A DNA stretch of 64,000 nucleotides from NCBI RefSeq assembly GCF_001194135.2, contig NC_068987.1, positions 103,879,410 to 103,943,409 on the forward strand, given 5' to 3'. Positions 50,635 to 63,895 of the stretch are shown piece by piece. The position numbers were made by a program, and so were the translations under genes. The stretch's first letter is position 1. The number at the start of each line of letters is the position of its first letter. Source of the stretch: Octopus bimaculoides. Taxonomy: Eukaryota. The notes below the pieces were generated by a model. That model was not told where the DNA came from. It saw only the letters and a program-made list of their open reading frames with translations, and ran no database searches.

Positions 50635-52900
50635 CATTATCATCATCGTTTAACATCCACCTTCCATGCTGGCCAGGCAGAAGACTGCACCAGACTTCTG
50701 TGGCTGTTTTGGAAAGATCTTTACAGCAGGATTTCCTTTCTAACACCAACCACTCAGCAGAGTGGACTTAGTGCTTTTTACATGGAACAAGCAAAGGCAA
50801 GGTCACTTTTGGCAAGGATATTACAGCCGGATGCCCTTCCAAATGCGAACCACTTTACAGAGTGGACTGGCACTTTTTAAGTGGCACCTGCACTGACAAG
50901 GTCACCAAGTAACTTGCAAGACAAAAATCTTTTGAGAGGGGAGAGAGCATTGGAGGAAATGATCTTGTGTCAGATAATGAAATGTTATAGTGAGACAGAA
51001 AGAAGAGTCTTGCTGTAGAGGAGGTACAAGGTTACCTGGCTGGAGAGAAAGATCAAGAATGAAGTCAGAAACAGGAGTGCTGCCACAAAGGAGATACATG
51101 GTTACCCAACCTGAAGGAAGTGCAGAAGGAGAGAGTGTAGGAGACAGCAGGATAGAGATGGTGGCAAAGTGCCAGACATAAGTGACAGGGATCGGAGAAA
51201 TATAAATGGGATGATTGAGTAAAAGAAGAGAGATATATAGATGGTGGTAAGTGCCAGGGCATACTCTTGAGGTTCAAGCATCATAATATAATTGGCAGGA
51301 TATTGTGAAAAAAGCAGGATTAGAGAGTGCAGAAGGGGAATGAGTGGCGAAAACCTAGGTGTATATATAGAGGTTGGGGCTAGCAGATAGCAATAATACA
51401 GTGAGACAGGGCATGTGAGTGGAACACACAGGTCAGAGGGGCTAGTGGAGAGTAATGATACAGTGAGACAGGGACAAGAGTGGGGAGTGGGGGGTAAGCA
51501 TAGTGCATGAAGTGGAAATGCAAAGAGAAAAAATGTAGAGATGTAGTTTGATTTGTTAGTGTGTGTGAGAAGTTTTAAGTGTAGGAGACAGCACTTCTGG
51601 AATTCGGTTTCATTGATGTGGGCAGGTCTTCTCAAGAACCTCATATCGCCAGACACTTTGGTCCATTGTCATTTCCTCCGTGAGGCTCAACATCCAGAGA
51701 TCGATCCTTACCACTTCATCCCACATCTTCCTGAGTCTCCCTCTTCCATAGGTACTCTTTCAGTGACCGGTACTTCTTTGTGGAGCTGTCCTCATTCATA
51801 GCCATTTGCACACAAGCATCATACAGTCTACCTTTCACTCTAAGAGAAGTCCTTCCATTGCCAACTGAAGTAATAGCTCTCTGAACTTCCTCCACCCAAT
51901 TCTTATTCTAGAAAAAGTACTTTCAGAACATCCTCCACCATTGCTAATTTGGTCACCTAGGTAACAGAAACTATCTACAACCTCAAGAGAGCCTCCTGGG
52001 CATTTGAGAGAATCTCAGTCCCATGTGCTCTTAATGCTTATTGTCCCTGCACATCTTCCACATACAAAGGCAACTGTATCTGTTAATCTATCTGATTTCA
52101 CTGCACCTCTTCTGTGTCCATAGTTTACACTGGGTGCAGCAAATGGAATTTCTCCCAACTCCTTTCCTCCAAATTGAGAAGGGCCATTTACCTGACGGAA
52201 AGAGTTTTATCTTCTTTTTTACTGACAACAACTTTGGTCTTTACTAGGTGAGCTTTAAGGCCCTTTGATTCCAGGTTTTCTTTCCACCCCTGGAATTTCT
52301 TCTTCAATTCTGCAATAAGAGCAAGGTTATCACCATATAGCAGTTTCCATGGGAACCCAATTTTGAATTCTTGTTATGGCCTGGAGGACTATAACAAATA
52401 AAGAGTAGGCTAAGAAATGAGCTCTGGTGAACCCCTACCTGTATGCTAAATTCATCACTGTATTCACCTGACAGTGTCACTATACATGGATTGTACAGCT
52501 CTTACAAGTCACTCCTCTACTCCTAACTTCCTTAGAGGCCACCATATAACAGAGCAGGGAACTCTGTCGAAAGCTTTCTCCAGGTCAGCAAAGGCCAAGT
52601 ACAATGGCTTACTTTTGGCCAAGTACTTTTCCTGCAGCTATCTCACTAAGATGACATCTGTGGTAGAAAACCAAACTTCATCTCATCTAGTTTAATTCTA
52701 TTCCTAATCAATTGATCTATATCCCTCTCAGTAACTTTCATGACTTGATCTAGCAGTTTTCTATCTAAGGCATTGCCTTTACCCTTGTAGCAGCTAACCA
52801 TAATACTACTACACCAGTCATTGGGGATGGTGCCTTCCTGAATAACTTTATTAACTATATGGATGACTAAGCTATATCCTATGTTGTAAAGATCACCCCA
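50635..52900 (-). mobile_element. Decayed, 5'-truncated RTE-type LINE (reverse transcriptase remnant plus 3'UTR)
   Basis: Minus-strand translation gives IPNDWCSSIMVSCYKGKG...KLLDQVMKVTER...LDEMKFGF, LQEKYLAKSKPLYLAFADLEKAFDRVP and C-terminal YGRGRLRKMWDEVVRIDL; has stops and frameshifts; ends in GTTAAACGATGATGATG tail. Confidence 0.88.
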
Positions 52901-53994
52901 TAATGAAATGGATTCAGGCTCACTCCCACTATACAGCTACTTGGGCCAGTGACTTGGTAGTCTGTCACACAATTGTATAGTACAATTTAAATCTGAATTG
53001 CATGACAATATAACCAATATTTAAAACTCCGTGAGCATCCATATATCTTATCGTTTCGGTCATTAGACTGCTGGCCATGCTGGGGCACCATCCTTGAAGC
53101 ACTTTAGTTCAATGAATCAATCCCAGTACTTGCTTCTGTTATAAAGCCTGGTATTTATTCTATCAGTCACTATTGCTGAACTGCTAAGTTACGGGGACAT
53201 AAACACACCAGCTTCAGTTGTCAAACCACTTCCCTCATGTTGTTGGTTAATTAGTTATGTCATTAGAGATACATTAAGTATCTCGTCACTGTTTTCTGAA
53301 ACAATGGGATGCAATGATGTCTCAAATGATAATCACCTCTTCTTGACTTCCACTCCTTCACAAAAGGCAGTTACACCCAACACTACATGCTAACAAACCA
53401 CTTTTACACATTAGTGCTGCTGCTACTACTACTACTACTAATAGCAGAAGAGCACTATTACTTGCATCAAAGTAGACAGGACTAATTGATAGTCTTGTCC
53501 ATAGATACAACACAATGCCAAGACAGGAACAATTAGTGTCCAATCAACTCTTAAACAGAAAGAAATACAAGACAAATAAAATACAAATAAGGAAAAAAAA
53601 ACACAAAAATATTTTGGTTTTAATTATATTTAATTTTAAAAATTTTAATGATTTTTCAAATATTTTCCTTTCTTTCAGTCTTCTCTGATACTCTTCAAGT
53701 ATTCTGCTTCGTGGAACCAGCATGTGGCTTTTTGCTTTCAGCTGAAATTTTGCACAGGTCCAGATTTCTGACATTGGCCTCTGCAGTTCCCTTACTTACC
53801 TGCTGTATGCTACATAAATACCAGACAAATGCATGCAGGATGTTCACTGATCATCATAAGAGAGAACAACAAGGTCAGTGGGTCAATGCTGCTCACTCCC
53901 AACATTACTGAGTCTTAGAAAGGCAAACCAAATATACAGCTCCAAGTATATGTGAATGTATGTATGTGTATATGTATCTACATGAGTGTGTGTG

Positions 53995-54028
<34 letters not shown>

Positions 54029-54909
54029 TGCGTGTATATATGTATTATATACATACATACACATATATGTGTGTTATATATATACACAAACATACACACA
54101 CCACACACATAATTATGCTGTGGTTTAACCCCAGGTCAGCGTTTGATTGAACAAACCAACGATCAAAGGCACTTTATCCAACACCATCTTGTCTTTTTTT
54201 TTATAGAGGAATGAAGAATACATTTTCCTAAAGTCTTTTCAAAAGTGTTTATAGTCTTGGGGTATACTGCCAACAGCCACATGGCTACCCAGCATGAAAC
54301 CAGTGAACAGATTTAATGGCACGGGTACTTCCCCACCCCACTCAACACAGAGTTTACCCTATACAAATATATAAAAAATATCCCAACATAGGTTTAAGAT
54401 ATTCAATGCTCAATTCTTTCCTGCCTTTTTTTTTTTTACTGTCTTTTTGTGACAATTCTGATCAAATTGGCAAATTAGATAACAATTATGTAATTTCTAT
54501 TATACAAAGAGGGGTAATTATGCAAATTAACAAACGAGAACCATCCAATAATACATAAATTAAGACCCGAGTCCCAACTACATTTTCTAGGCTTGAATTT
54601 TGCATTGAGTTGTCCTACCTTCTCACGAAGATCATAAAATGAACTGAACTGATATAAATTCAGTGCTTGAACCCATGTAAAAGAATATACCTTATTCATA
54701 ATTTATTTTAATATATACCTGTGTTTGATTTACAATTGTCCAAGTCTTTATATAATGAAAGCTATATGGCATGCTCCAAATCTATGTAAGTTTATCTATA
54801 TATATATTGTCTTGCACTTCGTTTTCAGCAACAGGTGGGATATGTCAAACTAATGAACAACGGATCTTGCTAAATATCTATTGATTTACACAATTCATAC
54901 ACATCATAC

Positions 54910-54961
<52 letters not shown>

Positions 54962-55572
54962 GAGAGAGCGAGGGGAGACAGACAGACATAGATTAAATGT
55001 CACAACACAGTGAACCAATAAACTTGGCCACAACTAATTTGTAAAATAAACCAAGAGAAAATTAATTTTTTCTTCTAAAGAGGGAGGAATAGATTCACTG
55101 TAGTGATTTGTAAATTTGAACGACTAAATTTAAATTAAAAATGAAATCCTTGAAATAAATATTTTAGAAAACGAATAGGATTCAAATTTTAACTTCTCCT
55201 TATCGCTCTCTCCTCTCTCACTTGCACACACACACACCTAAAAGGGAATGCAAGTCAAAATCAACCACCCTCCCACTTGTCAATAGGGAAAGCCTGGTCA
55301 TGACAGTAGCACAAAATTGTTGAGGTATAAATATCAAATACTGTCGTGAATCAATTACCCAAACAGTCCCATGCCTCCGTATACGAGAAGACCTAATCCT
55401 CAGCACATCTCATAAATCAAATGTCATCCTGCTCTTTAGCCTGCAGTGGAACTAACTATGAACAGCAGCAATGCACAGTTATAGAAATGCAAATACAGAA
55501 CAGATTGTCTGTAAATGACATCACTCAATACAAGTTACCCACAAATACAACACAAACACACACATACATACA

Positions 55573-55603
<31 letters not shown>

Positions 55604-55731
55604 TCAAGACAATTTTTGTGCTGGGCATGACAAAAGTATTTTAAAAAGCAAACAAAGATCTTTGTAAATAAACAGTTGACCTCATTTTTCAACTGTGTAT
55701 TTAGAAAATATATATATAAATGTGTGTGTGG

Positions 55732-55785
<54 letters not shown>

Positions 55786-55894
55786 AAAAATAAGCAACAC
55801 GGATTTCAAAGGTGATTGCAGTACGCACGTTTCATGCTACTCCAATTTATTTAAGTAATGCAAGCATTACATATATATATATATTACTCTTTAC

Positions 55895-56105
55895 TCGTTT
55901 ACTTGTTTCAGTCATTTGACTGCGGCCATGCTGAAGCACCGCCTTTAGTCGAGCAAGTCGACCCCAGGACTTATTCTTTGTAAGCCTTGTACTTATTGTA
56001 ACGGTCTCTTTTGCCAAACCGCTAAGTTACGGGGACATAAACATACCACCATCGCTTGTTTCTCGATGTTAGGGGGACAAACACAGACACAAACATATAC
56101 ACATG

Positions 56106-56144
<39 letters not shown>

Positions 56145-56178
56145 GACAGGCTTCTTTCAGTTTCCGTCTACCAAATCC
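55895..56178 (-). mobile_element. Same SINE family, running into an assembly gap
   Basis: GCGGCCATGCTGAAGCACCGCCTTTAGTCG...CCCCAGGACTTATTCTTTG...(TA)n...GACAGGCTTCTTTCAGTTTCCGTCTACCAAATCC. Confidence 0.8.
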
Positions 56179-56395
56179 NNNNNNNNNNNNNNNNNNNNNN
56201 NNNNNNNNNNNNNNNNNNNNNNNNNNNNNNNNNNNNNNNNNNNNNNNNNNNNNNNNNNNNNNNNNNNNNNNNNNNNNNNNNNNNNNNNNNNNNNNNNNNN
56301 NNNNNNNNNNNNNNNNNNNNNNNNNNNNNNNNNNNNNNNNNNNNNNNNNNNNNNNNNNNNNNNNNNNNNNNNNNNNNNNNNNNNNNNNNNNNNNN

Positions 56396-57650
56396 ATTAA
56401 GAATGAAATATCCAATTTTGAACTCAAAGTCTATTTTACTTTATTTCAACAAAAAGCAATGCAGTTAAAATATGCACCTAAATTATCAACACAATTTTGC
56501 CATTTTATTGGTAGCTTACTTATGCAGGCAGCAAAGAATTTCAGACAGCAAGAGGTGATGAAATCACGAAAGGCTGTTTTTGCATCTTCTTCAGATTTGC
56601 AAAAAGCTGTCTAATGTCTGGAAAACATGATAGTCCATTGGTGCAAGGTCTGGTGAATATGGTGGATGACAGAGTACTTCCAAGTTCAGTTCCTGTAATT
56701 TGAGTAGCGTTCTTTATGCAACATATGGTCGAGCATTGTCTTGCAAAAGAATTGACCTGTCTCTATTGACCAATCTCTGTTGTTTAATTGCAAATTCACT
56801 CATCATTTCATCCAATTGCTCGATGTTTTCATCCGCTGTAATTGACTTACCAGGTTTCATGAAGCTGTAGTGGATGACACCAGCACTGAACCACCAAACA
56901 GACACCATTAGCTATTTTCGGTGAATATTCTTTTTTGGATTGTGTTTTGGTACTTCGTTGCCATCCAGCCACCGTAAAGAACGCTTGCTATTGTTGAAAA
57001 GAACCCATTTTTCATCACACATAACAATACGATGCAAAAATGGTACGCTTTTATGCTGTGAAAGCAAAGAACAGCAAGTTTCAAGATGTGTCATTTGATG
57101 CATGCTCAGTTCGTGTGGTACACACTTGTCCAGCTTCTTTACCTTGTCGATTTGCTTTAGATGGTCCCAATACAGTTGGAATCAAAAAATCAAATCTTGC
57201 TAACTCACATATAGTTTGAGATGTATCTGCTTCCACTGCAGTTTTTTGGCTCATCATTAACCACCTTGGTCTCAGGTTTACCACGGGGCTGATTTTCAAG
57301 AGTAAAGTCACCAGACCAGAACTTCTGAAACCATCAACATACACTGCACTCATTTGCCACATCTTCACCAAACACCTCATTGATGTTTCGAGCTGTCAGA
57401 AATGCATTGGTTCCACTACAGAACTCGTATTCATAAACAACACGAATTTTTGATCCATCCATGGGTTCACAAAAATTGATTTACAAGAGAAAATTCAGAA
57501 TATAATTAGCCAACATGAATTGCATTTCAAAAAGTGATGATGTAACTTTTCAATGTTGTAAAACAAAGAATCGCCAGGATAAAACATTAGAGTTAACAAC
57601 CGTCAAACTTGGCACATAAGAAAATCAGACTTTTCATTTTTAATGACCTG

Positions 57651-57653
<3 letters not shown>
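56396..57653 (-). mobile_element. Near full-length, inactivated mariner (DD34D) transposon
   Basis: Remnant transposase: PFLHRIVMCDEKWVLFNN, MVSVWWFSAGVIHY, LLQDNARPYVA*, HPPYSPDLAPMDY. D codons at 56738-56740 and 56633-56635 are separated by exactly 34 codons. TIR-like TATCAGGTCATTAAAAATGAAA at the right end, with partial match ATTAAGAATGAAA at the gap edge. Multiple stops and frameshifts. Confidence 0.92.
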
Positions 57654-57683
<30 letters not shown>

Positions 57684-58026
57684 TTTATTTATATATATAT
57701 ATATATATATACATACACACACTTCAAAAATGAGGTCAGCTCTCTATTTACAAAGATGTTTGCTTTAGAATTTGTCATACTCAACACAAAAGTTATTGTC
57801 TTATACACACACACACACCAGCACACACTATAATTTGATCTCTGACTGTTATCAAATGTATCATTCCTGGAGATAAACGGGGGACAAAACTGAACAAAAT
57901 ATAGAAATATAGTGTGTGTATAAAAATATTGTAAGCAAAGTATAAAGATAAGATTGATAGTCTGGAAAACGATATATACATTCTTATTAACAGCAACTCA
58001 TTTCAGATATTTTAACTGGTAAATAT

Positions 58027-58085
58027 TCTCAAGAAAGTCCTGTTCCTTGGTTTCTCAAGAAAGTCCTGTTCCTTGGTTTCTCAAG
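58027..58085. repeat. 26-bp tandem duplication
   Basis: TTCTCAAGAAAGTCCTGTTCCTTGGT x2 plus a partial copy. Confidence 0.9.
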
Positions 58086-58198
58086 TATGTAATGACTTCA
58101 CCTGAGGTCTTCAACACTTGTTGATTGATATTTGATGGTGAAAAGTAAGGTACAAATGTTGGTTTAAAATAATTAAATAAATAAATGAGAGAGAGAAT

Positions 58199-58204
58199 GA
58201 GAGC

Positions 58205-58268
<64 letters not shown>

Positions 58269-58282
58269 GGGAGAGAGAGAGA
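58199..58282. repeat. (GA)n microsatellite
   Basis: About 80 nt of GA. Other simple repeats: (TA)n ~650-678, 54911-54958, 55737-55782; (CATA)n ~55563-55601; T33 ~31919-31951; A33 59814-59846; (GA)/(GT) ~62308-62380. Confidence 0.95.
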
Positions 58283-58489
58283 ATGAAATCCAATACACTT
58301 ACCAGTTTGGTAAATACCTTGGCTAAAAATCAATGCTTTATCATAATTGCATAGGGTAGGGTAAAGAGCNNNNNNNNNNNNNNNNNNNNNNNNNNNNNNN
58401 NNNNNNNNNNNNNNNNNNNNNNNNNNNNNNNNNNNNNNNNNNNNNNNNNNNNNNNNNNNNNNNNNNNNNNNNNNNNNNNNNNNNNNNNN

Positions 58490-58690
58490 CCCATGCCACT
58501 GATGTTATCCATGGGAAAGGCAAAGGGGCCAATACTGCTTGGCACCAGTGACATCACAACTCATTTCTACAGCTGAGTGGACTGGAGTAACATGAAGTAA
58601 AGTGTCTTGCTCAAGAGCACAACACACAGCCCTGTCTGGGAACTGAACTCACTACCTCATGATTGTAAGCCTGACACTAACTACTGAACC
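58490..58690 (-). mobile_element. Third tRNA-derived SINE family (partial, adjoining a gap)
   Basis: Minus-strand head ...GAGTTCAGTTCCC...CTTGAGCAAGACACTTTACTTCATG; related copies at ~14480-14600 (+) and ~45300-45420 (-). Confidence 0.6.
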
Positions 58691-59813
58691 ATTATCCATA
58701 AAACTAATCTACAAAAGGTGGTAGATGTGCTGAATTTCAATGATGGTAATTGCCATGGGGTATCAAGTGACAAAAGCACCACTGAAATATAGATTCCATC
58801 TCGTTTATCTTAGTCTAGTCAACTTAGCAAAGCTTGCCTTTCTTCAGCATGAGAAACTCAAGAATACTACACGGTAACGAGATCACTTTTCAATGATAAA
58901 GGACTGCCTCTCCTTACATCAGTGGGTTGTATTTCTGTGTATTATCTATTTATCACACTGTTATATGGTTTGGTACAGCAGTGGCATGCACTTCTTCTGT
59001 ATGCTATCCATTTTGTCACAAGGAAAACATATAAAAGGTCTTGGCTCACTAATGAGATATGAAGCAAAGTAGACAACATTCCAACCAGTCAATCATTTTC
59101 CTATTGACTTGATCAAAACCAACTATCAACATACTGTATTAACAATCAGAGCCCATTGCACCTAATGGTCATGCCAAGGACTGGCCAAAAAGCAGCAATG
59201 ACCAAACAAAAAAAGTTTAATCCTTAACCTTCTTAATACTAGCCCACTCATGACTGTGTCAATATTAAAGTGTTACTACTTTAATTAAAATTTCATTCAA
59301 ATGATAATGATACGTAACACTTCACTTAGTCAACATTAATCACAAAAAAAAAAAAAATCATAAATGAGCTGATATGACAACCTCTCCAACGATGTTCAAC
59401 CTACTAGAAACAACAGCCAACTTTTCCTCAAATTATACCCTAATGTTTCAAAGATCAGGATCACATTGCAAGATGTATGTAGCCCTAATAAGTTTATGCA
59501 TGGCAGTGTAGTTTGCTTCACAACTGCATGGCTTCAGGTTTGACACTCCACTGCTTGGAGTCTTCTACCATAGCCTCAAATCAATCAAAGGTTAATAAGT
59601 GAAATTTGAAAGAAAGAAACAGTGTAAAAATCCCATCACAAAGACATTTCCTATTCTGAGATAGTAAATCTAATCAGTTTCCTGGCTGAACACAACCACC
59701 TAGCCTTTGGGTACCCTCAGTAGCGTTTATAATATGAAGACCAGGACTTCAGCTTGAGGATAACTTCCTCCTAACAATATCAGAAGTTCTTCCTCCTCTG
59801 ACTAAACAATCAG

Positions 59814-59848
<35 letters not shown>

Positions 59849-59849
59849 A

Positions 59850-60650
59850 ACTACATAAGGCTTGAGAAAGTCAAAGTTGTTCAGGTTGGGACACCACTGA
59901 CAGGGGACTGCTGGATACGGGCTAACATGGGGCAGAACAATAATCAAAAAGTACAGTTAGACAAGGTTACAATATGAACTGTTTAATGATTTTATCAACA
60001 AGTTTTTCACCATGAGGCTGGCATCCAATAATGGCACTGTAATACCTTGGGGTTTTTTTTAAATCATCTTCTAAATACACCGGACATTCTATTAAAGGTT
60101 ACATAAGGGGAATATTAGCAAATGTTTAGGCTTCTGTCATTGCTGATCAAGCAGGGATGACAAAGATGTTCTGACCAAGGACATACCAACTTTTTTTTTT
60201 TTCTTTTTCAGATGTGTCTAAAACTTATTCACGTTTTAACTCTTAAATTCCTGTGGTACTTTCTCAACATAACTCGCCCAATCTAGCAAGGAACTAAATT
60301 TTGATGAAATGTTCTAATGATCAATTACATGAACATTTCCCTATTGTTCAGAATCAATAAAGCCCAATAATACTTAAATGACTGGTATGTGCAGATGACA
60401 CTGTTAGATCACTGATTATTTTCTTCAACTTAGAAGCTCTCTCCTTTAATTAAATCATTAACAAATAATATCATTAAATACTAAATCAATGCTCAAGGTA
60501 TTATCTGCCATGATGCTTGAAAATCAAAAGAGAAGAATCCAAATTTACTCAATAAATACACGTGGTTCAAACAGAAAGTCTTTTGGTAGGAACTCCTTTC
60601 TAAATTGAAGCTAAACTTGCACTGTAGAAGGTTTAATTTGAATTGCAGTT
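59850..60650 (+). mobile_element. Very decayed non-LTR reverse transcriptase remnant (CR1/L2-like?)
   Basis: Motif relics DVSKTY (~60211) and CADDT (~60388) at plausible spacing. Confidence 0.35.
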
Positions 60651-61259
60651 TCAGGCTGCTCAGGGCTCAGCAAAATTTGCTGTTATTTGTAGTACAGGAC
60701 TTTGAATCATTACCCACTGTTTTAAATCTTCAAAGAAGATTCAGACATTTAGATACAAATAGATGCTTCATTGTTAGCTCACTTTGAGCTCCCTTTTTTT
60801 CTTTTAAGTGAATGAGAGAGAAATATTCTCCTGGATAATCAAAACATTAGTTTACAGAAATAAGTTTCTCACAGATCACAGATGATCTCTGCCTAGTCCC
60901 TTACCAGCAACTGGTTGAACTGTATCAGTACGGAAGTAGAATGAAGGAGATTTCAACTCACAGCCCTTGAGCTGGTAATTCACCATCTTTTCATTTTGAT
61001 AACATGCTGAATACATCAACTAAATGCTTAATAACGGTAAACCAGTAAATATGAGAAATAAACAACCAAGGTGTGTGTTACATCAAGGTTGTCTTGCTGT
61101 TAAAAAACCTCAACAAGAATCAGCTAGGGGTTATTAGATGATTATCACAGTTTGTAATATGGGGTTTAGGGCAAGCAAAGGCTAACGTTTTCAACAAGAG
61201 GACCACAAATGTTATTGCTCATCAAGAACCATGCCTAAGCACTAAAAGAAAATTTAACA

Positions 61260-61465
61260 AGTGGGCGCTGGTGCCACATAAAAAGCACTCATGCCAGTGC
61301 TGCGTAAAAGCACCCAGTACACTCTGTAAAGTGGTTGGTGTTAGGGAGGGCATCCAGCTATAGAAACCATACCAAAACAGACATGGGGCTCGGGCAGCTG
61401 TTCAGCTGGTCAACTTTTGTCAAATTGTCCAACCCATGCCAGCAGAGAAAACTGGCGTTAAAAAA
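61260..61465 (+). mobile_element. RTE LINE 3' tail copy
   Basis: GGTGCCAC...AAAAGCAC...CACTCTGTAAAGTGGTTGG...CCAACCCATGCCAGCA. Confidence 0.75.
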
Positions 61466-62305
61466 GAAATCAAGAATTGCATTTAATTATTCAGTGCAAT
61501 TTAATCTATTTTAGACTAAGACTTTAGAAAAAGCTATTATGATGATATAATCATCAAACTAAAGTGCACTCAGAAAGTAAAAAGGGCCCCAGATATGGTT
61601 AGATAATAGTGCTGAGGATCAATTAAAAGATGGGCCTTCCCCATCCACCAGACATCTACGAAGGCTTAGGAAACCCAAGAAAGTTATGTACCAACACCAT
61701 TTAATATTTGCATTCTCCATCCAACTCACTCCACGTCTAAAACATGGGCAGCAAGCAGCTCCTCTGCCCACTGCTATCTCTCAAATTTTAACAAAGTTAA
61801 TAAAATAGATGGGAGACTACTTAAGAGAGAGGAAGATAGTGAGGGAGTTATTAAGGAGGAGGAAGAGCAACAGAAATGAACTTTCTAAATGGTCTTTTTT
61901 TTTTTTTTTTTTTTTTNNNNNNNNNNTTTTTTTTTTTTTTTCTTTTTTGAAACCAAAATTTTCAAGTTAGAATACCAATTCATAAAGACAAGGGAAGGGG
62001 GGTATAGCTGTACACGTAGACATTGTATTATGTGGAGATTGCACAGATGTGTATGTAGAGACCATATAGCTGTTTAACTAGAGAACAAAGTATGCATGCA
62101 TAAATTGTAAACATGTAGATATTGTATAGATGCGTACACATATCTCATACAGGTGTATACGTACAAATCATGTAAATGCATGTATGTGCAGGATATGTTA
62201 GTATGTAGAATATTTAAGCATTCAAATGTAAGAATGTAGAATATGTAATTATGTAAGGACAAGAGAAAGACAGTTTTATGAACATTTTTCAGTTTTGTCA
62301 TGATT

Positions 62306-62343
<38 letters not shown>

Positions 62344-62969
62344 TGAGAGTGAGAGAGAGAGTGTATGTGTGTGTGTGTGTTTTTATTTATTTATTTATTC
62401 TCCTCTGGTGTTATATACATGTGTACATAGAAAAGAAAAAGAAAGATAAGCCAGAGTCTGCTCCTCTACCACTCTCTTGCAATATTAACCAACAGCATGA
62501 AAGCTAAGTTTGTATGTTACAGCAGAGATATTTTTGGTGTAAGGCACTGAGGTATAACTTGTTGACAGAGATATCTGGTTACATTGTTTTTAATGTACCA
62601 ACTTCATCACCCATTCTGTTAGTTAACTAGACAACAGATACTCTGAAATCCATGTACGTGTGTATGAGAGTGTATGTATGCAAAGAGTTGTCATCGTTAT
62701 TGTCAGCATCACTTTGCATATGCCTATGTGTGAGATCATGTCTGTGTATGCGAGACAGACAAAGAGGCTTTTGATCATACTGCCAAGTTGGGTAACATTG
62801 CAATATCAGTAACAAGACCATGGCCTGGAAACTGGATTGTATTAACCACTCAGGTTCTATTCCCAGCAAGTCTACCAGGGCAGTTGGTTACAACTTACCA
62901 TTTCTTTTCTTCCAAGAATCGAGGTTAACAAAGGTGTGTGCCATTTTTGAGAACAACAAAATGGATGAC

Positions 62970-63262
62970 AATCATCATCATCGTTTAACGTCCGCTTTCC
63001 ATGCTAGCATGGGTTGGAGGATTTGACTGAGGACTGGTGAACCAGATGGCTACACCAGGCTCCAATCTGATTTGGCAAAGTTTCTACAGCTGGATGCCCT
63101 TCCTAATGCCAACCACTCAGAGTGTAGTGGGTGCTTTTACGTGCCACCGGCATGAAGCCCAGTCAGATGGTACTGGCAACGGCCACGCTCAAAATGGTGT
63201 ATTTTATGTGCCACCCGCACAAGAGCCAGTCCAGGGGCACTGGCAACGATCTCGCTCGAAAG
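62970..63262 (-). mobile_element. RTE LINE 3' end (well preserved)
   Basis: ATCATCATCATCGTTTAACGTCCGCTTTCCATGCTAGCATGGGTTGG...; reverse complement of the 40480-40765 type. Confidence 0.85.
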
Positions 63263-63674
63263 TCCTTATAGGGTCAATAAATAAGAAGATATATGTATGC
63301 ATATAAACAAAACATATTCCAAGCATCATTGTAACGGTCTTTCTTGCTTTGTTTAATTTCGAACGGAGAATGCACCATATTAAAAAATTCAACATAATTC
63401 AAGAACTCTTCAAATCTGGAAACTAGCACCTCCTTACCAAATTTTCCTCACAGACCATGATAAATTCACATTTAACAACTTCCTTACCTCAATCTGCCTA
63501 GCTTATTTATTATTCAAAACAACTTGGAAACATTTCAAATGACTAACTGCACACTGACAAATTATTCCAGACAGACCAATGACACACTTCATTATGTGAG
63601 GTCAAGCTGTGGTCAAGGCCAAAAATAGCCATAGTTTGGAACTAAAACTATTAATGTGACAAATGAATGGATTC

Positions 63675-63895
63675 ATCATCATCATCATCGTTTAACGTCC
63701 GCTTTCCATGCTAGCATGGGTTGGACGATTTGACTGAGGACTGGTGAAACCGGATGGCAACACCAGGCTCCAATCTGATTTGGCAGAGTTTCTACAGCTG
63801 GATGCCCTTCCTAACGCCAACCACTCAGAGAGTGTAGTGGGTGCTTTTACGTGTCACCCGCACGAAGGCCAGTCAGGCGGTACTGGCAACGGCCT
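63675..63895 (-). mobile_element. RTE LINE 3' end (well preserved)
   Basis: Near-identical to 62970-63190. Confidence 0.85.

Noticed and set aside
59690-59846. Processed pseudogene ending in A33
   Set aside because: No TSD or canonical AATAAA found and no recognisable upstream ORF; treated as a simple poly(A) run.
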